Positions 35,835-45,397 of a stretch of DNA of 64,000 bases are shown here, one piece after another. The position numbers were made by a program, and so were the translations under genes. The notes beneath the pieces were generated by a model. It worked only from the letters and a program-made list of their open reading frames with translations, was not told where the DNA came from and did not search any database. Source of the stretch: Candidatus Micrarchaeota archaeon (GTDB taxonomy: Archaea; Micrarchaeota; Micrarchaeia; Anstonellales; Bilamarchaeaceae); assembly GCA_043812915.1 (NCBI GenBank), contig JBDRLQ010000007.1, forward strand, positions 1 to 64,000, given 5' to 3'. Position 1 is the stretch's first letter, and every line of letters begins with the position of its first letter.

Positions 35835-36575
35835 ATGAATCTGAAACGCGTGTTGCTTAGCCTTCTCTTACCCGGAATCATGCTTACCGGATTTGTATCG
35901 CTTTTTTCCATCATTACGATTTACATCGCCATGAAATTTCTTGAAACTCCGCTTATTGCTCTCCTGATAATGTCCCCTCAGCTATTATTCTCTCTTCTAA
36001 TTGTGATTTTCGCTGTTCTCTATTACGGGGTGCTTAGCAAGAAAGAAAGGCTGGGCTATTGGATTGGACTTTGTACCTGGCGTGAGAAGCTTCCACTGGT
36101 TGGTATGCACATAAATGAGAACTATGAACTTCTTCCAGGAGAGAAAATTGTAATCCCTCGGACGCTATGCATGGCATCTAACACTCTTCCTGTACTTAGC
36201 TTTCTTTGGAGGCCAATGGGTTTTATGGTCACGAACAAGCGCATCATGATGGCGCTCCGATTAGATCTGTTAATCTACACACGCGAAACATTTGGAAGAT
36301 CGAACTACTGGAAAAGTGATGTCAAGGAAATGCCAGAGCATCGCTTTCCGCTAAGGAGCAATTTCAGGATAGATAATATCCAGTATGGGGAGGATGAAGG
36401 TGTGCCTTTTATGGAAATAGCTCCGGCTGTGGTAGAAACGAATATGGCAGGTTTTCTAAAAACTGAAGTGCCCCCATCCCACGGCAAGCTATTTGGGCGG
36501 CTTGCCAAAATCAGGGTGTATCATCCACAAGCAAAGAAGATTTCCGAACTCTTTGGAAAAACCAAGAAACAGTGA
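35835..36575 (+). CDS. Hypothetical membrane protein (2 TM plus soluble domain)
   Basis: Long ORF, two N-terminal TM segments, VTNKRI motif; AT-richer than neighbours. Confidence 0.65.
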   Translation: MNLKRVLLSLLLPGIMLTGFVSLFSIITIYIAMKFLETPLIALLIMSPQLLFSLLIVIFAVLYYGVLSKKERLGYWIGLCTWREKLPLVGMHINENYELLPGEKIVIPRTLCMASNTLPVLSFLWRPMGFMVTNKRIMMALRLDLLIYTRETFGRSNYWKSDVKEMPEHRFPLRSNFRIDNIQYGEDEGVPFMEIAPAVVETNMAGFLKTEVPPSHGKLFGRLAKIRVYHPQAKKISELFGKTKKQ

Positions 36576-36618
36576 CCTTTGGTATCCTGATGAAAGCCAA
36601 GCTGCTTTCTCAGTTACC

Positions 36619-36835
36619 TTTATAAGCGCTTGTATCCAAATTCAGTGCTACGCCTTATCTTAATACAGGGTCGTTTGCCCGATTCTGTCAAGGTCACACT
36701 TCGGTCTTTCATTGAGGCCGCCTCGTACGAACACCTTGTGCGTTTGGCATGAGATTCGTCCGTTGTACGGAGGGATATGCTCAATAAACGAATCAGCGAG
36801 CGTCTCTGAACTAAGATATACATTCAAAAGAGGTC
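36619..36835 (+). promoter_or_regulatory. Promoter and ~190-nt structured 5' leader of the S17 operon
   Basis: TTTATAAG at 36619-36626; several nested complementary stems; no plus-strand ORF. Confidence 0.5.
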
Positions 36836-36841
36836 ATGACA

Positions 36842-37141
36842 ATGGCTGAAGAAACATGCAACGATAAGAAATGCTACAAACATTCCGGCCTGAAGGTCCG
36901 CGGAGAGCGGCTAGAGGGCAAGATTGTTAGCTCGAAAGGAAAGAATACTGTCGTCATAGAGAGGGACAGGACGCAGTTCTTCCCGAAGTACCAGAGATGG
37001 GCAAAGGAGCGCTCCCATATGGCCGCGCACAACCCTCCCTGCATCGCAGCGAAGGTAGGCGACATCGTCGCGATTGCCGAGACGAGGAAGCTCAGCAAGA
37101 CTAAGGCATGGACAGTGCTGGAAGTAATCAAGCCAGCCTAA
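36842..37141 (+). CDS. rps17: 30S ribosomal protein S17 (uS17)
   Basis: C.DKKC..H, AHNPPC, ETRKLSKTK. Confidence 0.96.
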   Translation: MAEETCNDKKCYKHSGLKVRGERLEGKIVSSKGKNTVVIERDRTQFFPKYQRWAKERSHMAAHNPPCIAAKVGDIVAIAETRKLSKTKAWTVLEVIKPA

Positions 37142-37152
37142 AGGTGGTAATC

Positions 37153-37551
37153 ATGAAGGGACTTAGCGGAAAGGTATCAAGAACCCTGACACTGGGCACC
37201 CAGCTCACGTGCAGCGACAACAGCGGTGCGAAAGTGCTGAATATAATCGGCGCGCTAAAGTTGAAGGGGACGAGGGGAAGGAATCCTACTGTCGGCGTCG
37301 GAAATATCGTGATTGCATCAGTAAGGAAAGGAAAGCCTGACATGGTGAAGAAGGTCGTAAAAGCCGTCATCATAAGGCAGAAGAAGGAATACCGGAGGCC
37401 GAACGGCATGCGTGTGATGTTTGAGGACAACGCCGCGGTTCTGGTGACCGACGACTTCCTTCCGGTGGCGACCGAAATCAAGGGTGTGGTCGCAAGGGAA
37501 ATCACCGAGAGGTTCCCCAAGGTTGCGGCTATCGCAGCAGGGGTTGTGTGA
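37153..37551 (+). CDS. rpl14: 50S ribosomal protein L14 (uL14)
   Basis: CSDNSGAK, FEDNAAV. Confidence 0.97.
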   Translation: MKGLSGKVSRTLTLGTQLTCSDNSGAKVLNIIGALKLKGTRGRNPTVGVGNIVIASVRKGKPDMVKKVVKAVIIRQKKEYRRPNGMRVMFEDNAAVLVTDDFLPVATEIKGVVAREITERFPKVAAIAAGVV

Positions 37552-37561
37552 GGGGAGTAGA

Positions 37562-38089
37562 ATGAAATCTGATACCGAAAGAAAGCATTTTCATAAGGAA
37601 AAGAAGCACAAGAGGAAAAAGAGGCTCAGTGTCCACCTCTCAAAGGAGCTTCGCGGAAAGCTTAAGGTGAAGAAGCGCTCCCTGCTCCTGCGCAAGGACG
37701 ACTCTGTCCGCGTGATGCGCGGTCCTGGAAAAGGCAAGGAAGGCAGGGTCACTCGCGTTAGCGTCATGAAGAGGAAGGTTTATGTGGACGGCGTAACCAC
37801 GAACACCGCAAAAGGGCGGGAGATCCTGGTTGCGCTTGAGGCATCCAACCTGCTGCTAATCTCTCTTGAGGCGACCGAGGAGAGGAAGAAGTTCTTCTCC
37901 GTAGACGTGTTCAAGAAGCCGAAAGCCGAGAAGCCGAAGGAGAAGCCCGCGCCAAAGGAAAAGGGAGAGGCGAAGGTGGAAGTGAAGAAGGTCGAGAAGC
38001 CCGAGGCACAGAAATCCGCGCCAAAGATTGAGGCTGCAGCAAAGTCTGCACCGGCAGTGCCGGGCAAAGCCGGAAACTCCGGCATCTGA
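37562..38089 (+). CDS. rpl24: 50S ribosomal protein L24 (uL24)
   Basis: HLSKELR, DSVRVMRG..KG.EG KOW motif; K/A/P-rich tail. Confidence 0.95.
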   Translation: MKSDTERKHFHKEKKHKRKKRLSVHLSKELRGKLKVKKRSLLLRKDDSVRVMRGPGKGKEGRVTRVSVMKRKVYVDGVTTNTAKGREILVALEASNLLLISLEATEERKKFFSVDVFKKPKAEKPKEKPAPKEKGEAKVEVKKVEKPEAQKSAPKIEAAAKSAPAVPGKAGNSGI

Positions 38090-38117
38090 ATAATACTAAT
38101 AGATAAATGGTGATTAT

Positions 38118-38837
38118 TTGGGAAAAAGAGGAGGAACAACGCATCTGAAAAGGCTCGCGACCCCGAAGGCCGTGCCCATTTCAGACAAGAAGGCGAATGA
38201 ATGGATAATCAGGCAGGAGCCTGGCCCCCACCCGAGGGAACGCTCCATTGCGCTCGGAGTGCTGCTCAGGGATGTGCTCAAGCTCGTCAAGACCGCAAGG
38301 GAAGTGAAGACGGTGCTGACCGGCAGGCTAGTCCTGGTGGATGGGAAAGTGCGGACCAGCGAGAAGTTCCCGGTCGGGTTTATGGATGTCGTCTCATTGC
38401 CGAAGATGAAGAAGCACTACAGACTGGTCGTTGACTGGAAGGCGAGGCTTGTCCCTGTCGAAGTTGATGACAAGGGCTCGGCAACCAAGCTGCTCCAGAT
38501 ATCCAGGAAGCACACGGTTAAGGGAGGGAAGCTCAACATCACGCTTCATGACGGCAAGAACATGCTCGCTGACAACAACCTGCATGTGGGGGACACAATC
38601 TCCGTGTCGCTTCCTGATGCGAAGATACAGTCCCATCTCAAGCTCGAGAATGGTGCGCGCTGCCTCATAGTCGAGGGAAAGCACGCAGGAAACCTCGTCA
38701 CCCTCAAGGGGATAATCCCGAGGGCCGGTGGAAAGCCGAACGAGGCGAAGGTTGAGGGAAAAGACGCAGAATTCATCACTGTCGCGAAGTATCTCTTCGT
38801 TGTTGGCGGTGATTTCGAGGTAGGTACCCATGGCTGA
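38118..38837 (+). CDS. rps4e: 30S ribosomal protein S4e
   Basis: HLKRL, PGPH, VDGKVR, FPVGFMDV, LHDG; TTG start after GGTGA RBS. Confidence 0.96.
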   Translation: MGKRGGTTHLKRLATPKAVPISDKKANEWIIRQEPGPHPRERSIALGVLLRDVLKLVKTAREVKTVLTGRLVLVDGKVRTSEKFPVGFMDVVSLPKMKKHYRLVVDWKARLVPVEVDDKGSATKLLQISRKHTVKGGKLNITLHDGKNMLADNNLHVGDTISVSLPDAKIQSHLKLENGARCLIVEGKHAGNLVTLKGIIPRAGGKPNEAKVEGKDAEFITVAKYLFVVGGDFEVGTHG

Positions 38838-39348
38838 AAGCAATCCGATGAGGGAGCTGCTCGTTGAGAAGGTCACCGTGAACATCGGTGTCGGCTCACC
38901 TGGCGATAGGCTCGATTACGCGAAGCAGCTGGTCAGCAGGCTCGCGGGTGACCGGACCCCAGTAATAACCAAGGCAAGGAGGAGGGAGCCGGTCTTCAAG
39001 CTCAGGACGGGCCTTCCAATCGGCGTGAAGATTACCCTAAGGGGAAAGCCGGCGACGGAATTCCTCGAGAAGGCGTTCGCGGCGAAGAGGAAGATGATAC
39101 ACAAGAGGAACTTCGATAAGGAAGGGAACTTCTCCTTCGGTGTCGCGGAATACATTGATTTCCCCGGAGCGAAGTATGACCCGGAAATCGGCATGTTCGG
39201 TTTCGATGTCTGCGTAACCATGAAGAGGAAGGGAAAGCGTGTCACGCAGAGGAAGCTGCACAAAGCTAAAATCGGCAACGCGCACAGGATTTCCCAGGAT
39301 GAAGCAGTAGCCTTCGTGCGGGACAAGTTCGGAGTGACTGTTGAGTGA
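38830..39348 (+). CDS. rpl5: 50S ribosomal protein L5 (uL5)
   Basis: [28 protein letters not shown]. Confidence 0.97.
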   Translation: MAESNPMRELLVEKVTVNIGVGSPGDRLDYAKQLVSRLAGDRTPVITKARRREPVFKLRTGLPIGVKITLRGKPATEFLEKAFAAKRKMIHKRNFDKEGNFSFGVAEYIDFPGAKYDPEIGMFGFDVCVTMKRKGKRVTQRKLHKAKIGNAHRISQDEAVAFVRDKFGVTVE

Positions 39349-39361
39349 TGGTGATTCTCTC

Positions 39362-39520
39362 ATGACTGATAAAGATGATGATATGAAAGGAAAGGGGAGA
39401 AGGGTTTGCCGAAACTGCGGCAATGCAAGAGGCCTTATCCGCAAATACCAGCTTTACGTTTGCAGGAGATGCTTCAGGGAAATGGCTGAAAGCATTGGCT
39501 TCAGGAAATACGGTGGATGA
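39362..39520 (+). CDS. rps14: 30S ribosomal protein S14 (uS14, Zn type; not in ORF track)
   Basis: [36 protein letters not shown]. Confidence 0.96.
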   Translation: MTDKDDDMKGKGRRVCRNCGNARGLIRKYQLYVCRRCFREMAESIGFRKYGG

Positions 39521-39524
39521 TACT

Positions 39525-39905
39525 ATGGATTATCTTGCTGAAGCGCTTAACACGATAAAGACGCATGAAAATGTCGGGCAGGAACTCTGCTCGGTCAGGG
39601 CCACCAAGCTGATTGAGAAAGTGCTCAACGTACTGAAAGAGCACAAGTATCTAAAGAGCTTCGAGACGGTCGACAATGGCAGGGGGGGATTCTTCAATGT
39701 CCAGCTGGATGGCAGGATTAACGACTGCGGGGTCATCAAGCCGCGCATGCCTGTCAAGAAGACTGACTGGGCCAAGAAGGAGCAGCAGTACATCCCGGGT
39801 ATCGGGGTGGGGCTGCTCATTGTATCCACTTCTGAGGGTGTCATGACAAATGCTGATGCCGAGGAGAAGAAAATCGGAGGGAGGCTTCTAGCCTACGTCT
39901 ATTAG
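39525..39905 (+). CDS. rps8: 30S ribosomal protein S8 (uS8)
   Basis: GRIN.CGVIKPR, IVSTSEG, GGRLLAYVY. Confidence 0.96.
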   Translation: MDYLAEALNTIKTHENVGQELCSVRATKLIEKVLNVLKEHKYLKSFETVDNGRGGFFNVQLDGRINDCGVIKPRMPVKKTDWAKKEQQYIPGIGVGLLIVSTSEGVMTNADAEEKKIGGRLLAYVY

Positions 39906-39914
39906 GTGTTCACA

Positions 39915-40403
39915 ATGGTTGAGATTCCAGAAGGAGTGACTGTCGAAGTAAACGGGCCGGTTGTCACGGTCAAGGGCCCCAAGGGTACGCTTACCCGCGC
40001 GTTCGTAAAGACCGTCGACATAAAGGTCAACGGTAACAATGTGGACGTCATGGGAAAGCGGCTCGCTTATGTAAACACCGTTAGCTCCGTAATCAATAAT
40101 ATGTGCATCGGGGCTAAGGACGGATACGAGAAGAAGATGAAAATCCTGTTCGCCCACTTCCCGATAAGCCTGGAAGTGAAGGGAAAGGAAATCCTGGTGA
40201 AGAACTTCCTTGGGGAGCGTTCCCCGCGGAAGACCTCGCTTGCCGGGGATGGCACCAAGCTCCAGGTGAAGGGCCAGAACATTTCGATTACCGGCCCTGA
40301 CAAGGAAGCTGTTGGCCAGACCGCCGCGAACCTGAGGTCCGCCACCAAGATAAAGGGGAAGGATGGCCGGATTTTCCAGGACGGCATCTATGACGAGATG
40401 TGA
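39915..40403 (+). CDS. rpl6: 50S ribosomal protein L6 (uL6)
   Basis: VKGPKG, AHFP, NFLGE, FQDGIY. Confidence 0.96.
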   Translation: MVEIPEGVTVEVNGPVVTVKGPKGTLTRAFVKTVDIKVNGNNVDVMGKRLAYVNTVSSVINNMCIGAKDGYEKKMKILFAHFPISLEVKGKEILVKNFLGERSPRKTSLAGDGTKLQVKGQNISITGPDKEAVGQTAANLRSATKIKGKDGRIFQDGIYDEM

Positions 40404-40408
40404 TTATC

Positions 40409-40861
40409 ATGGCAGAAAAGAAGAAACCCAGCAAGAAGAAAAAACCGACGTTCAATGTCATGAACCTCGGCTTCAAGAAGAGGGTGAAGTCCAGGTGGAG
40501 GAAGCCGAGAGGCACCCACAACAAGAAGAGGATGAGGAAGGAGTTCTGCGGAGCTTCACCGTGCATCGGGTACAGGAACCCTGTGTCTATGCGCGGCCTC
40601 GGAAAGGGCGGACTGCCCGAGATGCTTGTATGCAACGCGGCCGAGTTCGAGGGGGCCAAGGACGTGGTGCTCAGGATTTCCTCAAAAGTAGGGAAGAGGA
40701 AGAGGGTTGAAATCCAGAAGAAGGCCGAGGCCATGGGCCTCAGGGTGCTCAACGTGAGGAAAGATACTGCGGAGAATGCGAAGCCCGCAGCCAAGCCGGC
40801 GGAGAAGAAAGCTCCGGAAAAGAGCCCGGCACCGAGCGCACCGGCGCCTTCAAAGAAGTAG
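40409..40861 (+). CDS. rpl32e: 50S ribosomal protein L32e
   Basis: WRKPRG, P.IGY.NP, VGKRKR, RVLN. Confidence 0.95.
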   Translation: MAEKKKPSKKKKPTFNVMNLGFKKRVKSRWRKPRGTHNKKRMRKEFCGASPCIGYRNPVSMRGLGKGGLPEMLVCNAAEFEGAKDVVLRISSKVGKRKRVEIQKKAEAMGLRVLNVRKDTAENAKPAAKPAEKKAPEKSPAPSAPAPSKK

Positions 40862-40870
40862 GTGATTCTC

Positions 40871-41389
40871 ATGAGTATGGCTACAATAAGAAGGCTCGCA
40901 GCTAACATCCTGAATGTGGGTGAGCGGAGAATATGGATAAACCCCGGGGAGGTTGAAGAGGTCAAGAAGATGGCAACCCGTGCGGATGTCCGCGACCTCA
41001 TCTCCAAGGGGACCGTCAAGAAGCTGCCTGTCAAAGGAAGGAAGAAGGTAGAGAAGAAGAAGAGGCGCGGCAAAGGCAGCAAGAAGGGCACGACATCCGG
41101 AGAGCAGAAGAAGCGCTGGATGGAAAAGGTCCGTGCGCAGAGGAGGCTCTTTGCGGCGATGGTCTCGAGCGGCGCTCTTGACCAGGAGAAGAGGAGAATC
41201 TACAGCAGAATCAAGAGCGGGCTCTTCAGGAACAAGAAGGCGATGCTCATCTACCTCAAGGAGAACAAGCTTATCGCGGCCGACTACGAAGAGGTCAGGC
41301 CAAAGCCAGTGAAAAAGGAGAAGGTGCCCAAGGCGCCGAAGAAGGCAGCCCAGAAGAAGCCTGTCAAAAAGGAGGGTGAATCCAAATGA
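40871..41389 (+). CDS. rpl19e: 50S ribosomal protein L19e
   Basis: RRLAA.IL.VG..RIW, GKGSKKG, WM..VRAQR. Confidence 0.95.
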   Translation: MSMATIRRLAANILNVGERRIWINPGEVEEVKKMATRADVRDLISKGTVKKLPVKGRKKVEKKKRRGKGSKKGTTSGEQKKRWMEKVRAQRRLFAAMVSSGALDQEKRRIYSRIKSGLFRNKKAMLIYLKENKLIAADYEEVRPKPVKKEKVPKAPKKAAQKKPVKKEGESK

Positions 41390-41880
41390 CGAGAGCAAAA
41401 GGTCCGGCTTACAATGTCCAGTACAGGAGAAGGAGAGAAGGCACTACCGACTTCGCGAAGAGACTCGCGCTTATAAAGTCGGGCAAGCCGCGCATGGTTG
41501 TCAGGAAGAGCAACAAGGGACTGGTAGTGCAGTTCATAGAGTTCGACCCCAAAGGGGACAAGACGCTCCTGACTGTGAATGGCGCAATCCTCAAGAAAGC
41601 CCTTAAGTGGGAATCCAAGAGGAACGTCTGGACTGCTTATCTTGCAGGGCTTTATGCTGGCAAGGAAGCCGGAAAGAAGGGCGTCAAGGAATTCGTCTTC
41701 GACATGGGCCGGTATACGCCCTCAAAGGGGAACATACTCTTCGCGGTGGTTAAGGGAGCTGCGGATTCTGGCCTGAAGACCAATTTCTCAGACAAGATGG
41801 TACCGTCAGACAAACTGGCGAATCCGCCCGAGGCGCTGAAAAGCGCTTTCGAGAAGGCGAAGAGCAGCATTGCAGGGTGA
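41386..41880 (+). CDS. rpl18: 50S ribosomal protein L18 (uL18)
   Basis: RRRREG.TD, R.VVRKSN, AYLAG, KGAAD.GL. Confidence 0.96.
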   Translation: MTRAKGPAYNVQYRRRREGTTDFAKRLALIKSGKPRMVVRKSNKGLVVQFIEFDPKGDKTLLTVNGAILKKALKWESKRNVWTAYLAGLYAGKEAGKKGVKEFVFDMGRYTPSKGNILFAVVKGAADSGLKTNFSDKMVPSDKLANPPEALKSAFEKAKSSIAG

Positions 41881-41886
41881 TGATTC

Positions 41887-42531
41887 ATGAGGAAAAGATC
41901 CAGCGTTGAAAAACTTCGGATGATAAACAAGGAGGACTGGGAACCCAAGACCTCCATGGGAATGAAGGTTAAAGCCGGTGAGATAACTACAATAGAGGAA
42001 ATCATGGAATCCGGAAAGCCTATCCTGGAGCCCGAGATTATCGACATCCTGTTCAGGGACATGGAGGCCGAGACGCTCCAGATAAATACCACCCAGAGGG
42101 TGACTGACTCAGGCAAGAGGACCAAGTTCCGCGTGGTTACCGTCATCGGCGACCGCAACGGGCACGTTGGCCTCGGGGTTGGCAAGAGCGAGGAGCTCAA
42201 GCCCGCGGTGGACTACGCAATCAGGAACGCGAAGAAGAACGTCTTCGCAATCCAGATGGGATGCGGCAGCTGGGAGTGCAAGTGCTCAGTAGCCCACTCG
42301 CTAAGGAGGGCCACGCAGGGCAAGGAAGGGAGCACGGTGGTGCACCTGAAGCCCGCGCCAAGGGGCCTTGGCTTGGCTGCAAACGACATCGTAAAGAAGG
42401 TCCTGAAAATGGCCGGCATAAAGGATGTCTGGAGCTCAACAACCGGTGGAAAGGGTAACATTTACAACATGGCGTCGGCAACAATCTGTGCGCTTGACAA
42501 TCTGAACACGATTAAGCCGCCGGCAGAATGA
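41887..42531 (+). CDS. rps5: 30S ribosomal protein S5 (uS5)
   Basis: WEPKT, GCGSWEC.C, PAPRGLGL. Confidence 0.97.
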   Translation: MRKRSSVEKLRMINKEDWEPKTSMGMKVKAGEITTIEEIMESGKPILEPEIIDILFRDMEAETLQINTTQRVTDSGKRTKFRVVTVIGDRNGHVGLGVGKSEELKPAVDYAIRNAKKNVFAIQMGCGSWECKCSVAHSLRRATQGKEGSTVVHLKPAPRGLGLAANDIVKKVLKMAGIKDVWSSTTGGKGNIYNMASATICALDNLNTIKPPAE

Positions 42532-42544
42532 AAGGTGAATCAAA

Positions 42545-42982
42545 ATGACTAAGCTCGCACTGATACGCGTCCGCGGCGCAAGGGGGCTGAAGCCCAAGAT
42601 AGCCAAGACTCTTGGGCTATTGAGGCTGAACAAGCCCAACCACTGCGTTGTGGTAGAGGATACGAATGAAATGAAGGGCATGATTAATGTGGTGAAGGAT
42701 TACATCACCTTCGGGCCTGTGGATGAGGATACCATCGTCCGCCTCATGAGCAAGAGGGGAACGAGGGGTTCGAAGTCACTGAAGGATGTAGCCTCAGCAG
42801 ATGAAATCAAGGCGGCTGCAAAAGAGATGGCAGGCGGCAAGAAGCCGAAGGAAGGCTTCGTGAATCCTGTCTTCAGGCTGACGCCCCCAAGGAAGGGATA
42901 CAAGAGCATCAAGCTTCCTTACCCTGAAGGGGACCTTGGAGCGAGGGATGAGATACTTCCGCTCCTTAGAAGAATGATGTGA
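42545..42982 (+). CDS. rpl30: 50S ribosomal protein L30 (uL30, archaeal long type)
   Basis: IRVRG, TLGLLRL, FRL.PPRKG. Confidence 0.95.
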   Translation: MTKLALIRVRGARGLKPKIAKTLGLLRLNKPNHCVVVEDTNEMKGMINVVKDYITFGPVDEDTIVRLMSKRGTRGSKSLKDVASADEIKAAAKEMAGGKKPKEGFVNPVFRLTPPRKGYKSIKLPYPEGDLGARDEILPLLRRMM

Positions 42983-42987
42983 TAATT

Positions 42988-43407
42988 ATGGCGAGCAGAA
43001 GAAAAGCAGGACAGAAGAAAAAATATCTCGGGAAAAGGAGCTTCGGCTGCGGGAACTGCAAGAACCGCAGGGGAAGCGGAAACCGGGGCGGAAGGGGAAA
43101 GGCCGGAATCTGCAAGCACAAGGGCACCTGGGCGGCGAAATACGCGCCAGGCTACTTTGGCAAGCACGGATTCGCCAACCCGAATTCCAAGTCGCTAATC
43201 AAGGTGGCCCACCTCTTTGACATCAACCGCAGGGCAATTCTGGGCAAACTGGAGAAATCAGGGGATAAGTTCGTTTTCCAGTTCAAGGGCAAGGTCCTGG
43301 CGACGGGGAATGTCACCGTACCGCTCTTAATAAAGGCAAATGCATGGAGCAAGCGAACTGAGGAGAAGGTCAAGGCAGCTGGCGGAGACATTTCTAACCT
43401 CGGGTGA
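42988..43407 (+). CDS. rpl15: 50S ribosomal protein L15 (uL15)
   Basis: RGSGNRGGRGKAG, YFGKHGF, KVLATG. Confidence 0.95.
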   Translation: MASRRKAGQKKKYLGKRSFGCGNCKNRRGSGNRGGRGKAGICKHKGTWAAKYAPGYFGKHGFANPNSKSLIKVAHLFDINRRAILGKLEKSGDKFVFQFKGKVLATGNVTVPLLIKANAWSKRTEEKVKAAGGDISNLG

Positions 43408-43415
43408 GCGTTCCA

Positions 43416-44822
43416 ATGGGCGTTATCGATTTCGTACATTCTTTCTCGAAGCACCTGCCGACAATCAAGCAGCCGGAGAGGCCTGTCCCGACAAAGGACA
43501 AGCTGATCTGGACTGGTGTCGCGCTCGTGATCTTCTTTGCCATGTACCACACCACCGCTCTTGGTGTCACCACCGCCGGGGTTGGCATGGATTTCCTGCA
43601 GACGATCACCGCGTCCAAAATAGGCTCCCTCCTGACGGCAGGTATCGGGCCGATAGTGCTCGCCAGCATTTTCCTGCAGCTCTTCTCAGGCGCGGGAATC
43701 ATCAAGCTGGACCTTAAGGACAAGAACGACAAGCAGAAGTTCCTGGAAACACAGAAGGTCCTTGCGATACTTATCGCCTTCGCTGAAGGCATCATATTCG
43801 TGATAACCGGCAGGACGATCCTCGCGCCCCTCCTGGGTCTTCCGACCGAGATCGTGATGATTCTGGTGGTGCTGCAGATTGCCGTCGGTTCCATAATAAT
43901 CATCTATCTTGATGAGCTTGTGACCAAGTACGGAATCGGAAGCGGAGTGAGCCTCTTCATCGCGGCCGGTGTCTCCCAGTCTATCATAGGAGGGCTTCTG
44001 GGCCTGGTATTCGGGGCAAATGGCGTCGTCCCGGTAATGGCTGAGGGGGGAGCGGAAGCGTTGCCCCTGGCCTTGCTTGCGCTGATGCCATTCATATTCA
44101 CCATCATCGTGTTCCTTGCCGTCGTTTACTCGGAGGGGATAAAGGTGGAGATTCCGATAGCTTTCGAGCGTGTCCGGGGGATGGTCCCGAAGCTTCCATT
44201 GAAGTTCTTCTATGTGTCCAACATACCGGTCATCTTCGCTAGCGCGCTGATTATGAACATCCAGCTTTTCGCGGGCATGTCCCTTGCCGGAGCCGACCTT
44301 CCCTTTGTCGGCTATGTCACCGAGGACGGGCAGCTCCGTGACGGTCTGCTATATTTCCTGACCCCCGTCTATGGGTTCGGGAGGAACACGGCTGCGCAGT
44401 GGGACTTCATAACCACCGCGGTGACCCCGTTTTACGGAATACCGGAATGGGTCCATGCCCTTACCTATGTATTGTTCTTATCGCTCTTCTCGGTCCTGTT
44501 CGGGCTGTTCTGGGTGGAGACATCCAACATGGACGCAAAGGCAGTCGCGGGGCAGCTGACAAGCTCGGGAATGCAGATTCCAGGCTTCAGGAGGGATCCT
44601 CGGATGCTTGAGAAGATACTGCACAAGAACATATTCCCGCTAACCGTGATGGGGGCCTTTTCCGTGGGGCTGCTTGCCGGTGTGGCTGACCTTACTGGTG
44701 CCCTTGGAACTGGAACGGGCATCCTTCTTACTGTGGGCATCCTCTACAGGATGTACGAGCAGATGGAGCAGATGCAGGCATTCGAGCTCTATCCCGCCTT
44801 TGGAAAGCTTATAGGTGAATGA
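43416..44822 (+). CDS. secY: Preprotein translocase SecY/Sec61alpha
   Basis: GIGPIV, GIGSGVSLFIAAG, YVSNIPVI, IPGFR, GTGILL. Confidence 0.97.
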   Translation: MGVIDFVHSFSKHLPTIKQPERPVPTKDKLIWTGVALVIFFAMYHTTALGVTTAGVGMDFLQTITASKIGSLLTAGIGPIVLASIFLQLFSGAGIIKLDLKDKNDKQKFLETQKVLAILIAFAEGIIFVITGRTILAPLLGLPTEIVMILVVLQIAVGSIIIIYLDELVTKYGIGSGVSLFIAAGVSQSIIGGLLGLVFGANGVVPVMAEGGAEALPLALLALMPFIFTIIVFLAVVYSEGIKVEIPIAFERVRGMVPKLPLKFFYVSNIPVIFASALIMNIQLFAGMSLAGADLPFVGYVTEDGQLRDGLLYFLTPVYGFGRNTAAQWDFITTAVTPFYGIPEWVHALTYVLFLSLFSVLFGLFWVETSNMDAKAVAGQLTSSGMQIPGFRRDPRMLEKILHKNIFPLTVMGAFSVGLLAGVADLTGALGTGTGILLTVGILYRMYEQMEQMQAFELYPAFGKLIGE

Positions 44823-45355
44823 GCATGATAATCGTAATGGGTTTGCCCGGAGCCGGAAAGACGACTGTCCTCAAGGGGCTGGACACCGATTATCGGGTCC
44901 AGAACTTCGGGGACCTCATGTTCGAGATTGAGAAGGAGAAATTCGGCATCACGGACAGGGACCAGATGAGGACGATTTCAAAGGAGAAGCAGGGTGAAGT
45001 CCAGAAGCTTGTTTATGAGCGGCTCTCAAAAGAAAAGGGCAAGTTCATCCTTGACACGCACTGCTCTGTGAACACCCCGAAAGGATTCCTTCCAGGGGTG
45101 CCATTCGAGTATCTCAAGATGCTCAAGGTGGACTACCTAGTTCTTATTACCGCGGATGTGGAAGCGGTCGCCAAGAGGCGCTCTGATGACCCCTCAAGGA
45201 AGAGGGATGCTGACAACATCGGTCTCCATGACCAGATGAACAAGTCGTTCTTAGCGGCCTACTCGGCTTTCACCGGCGCTCCTGCGGTAGTGATAATAAA
45301 CGAGCAGGGGAAGGCGCAGGAGGCGACTGCCAGGCTGCAGGCGCTTCTTGAGTAG
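44819..45355 (+). CDS. adkA: Archaeal adenylate kinase
   Basis: GLPGAGKTT, NFGD.M, RDQMR, DTH, G.LPG.P; position after secY. Confidence 0.93.
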   Translation: MSMIIVMGLPGAGKTTVLKGLDTDYRVQNFGDLMFEIEKEKFGITDRDQMRTISKEKQGEVQKLVYERLSKEKGKFILDTHCSVNTPKGFLPGVPFEYLKMLKVDYLVLITADVEAVAKRRSDDPSRKRDADNIGLHDQMNKSFLAAYSAFTGAPAVVIINEQGKAQEATARLQALLE

Positions 45356-45397
45356 CTTCCATCCTTCTTTTAAATTCTTTTTTCCTATTTCTCCCCT

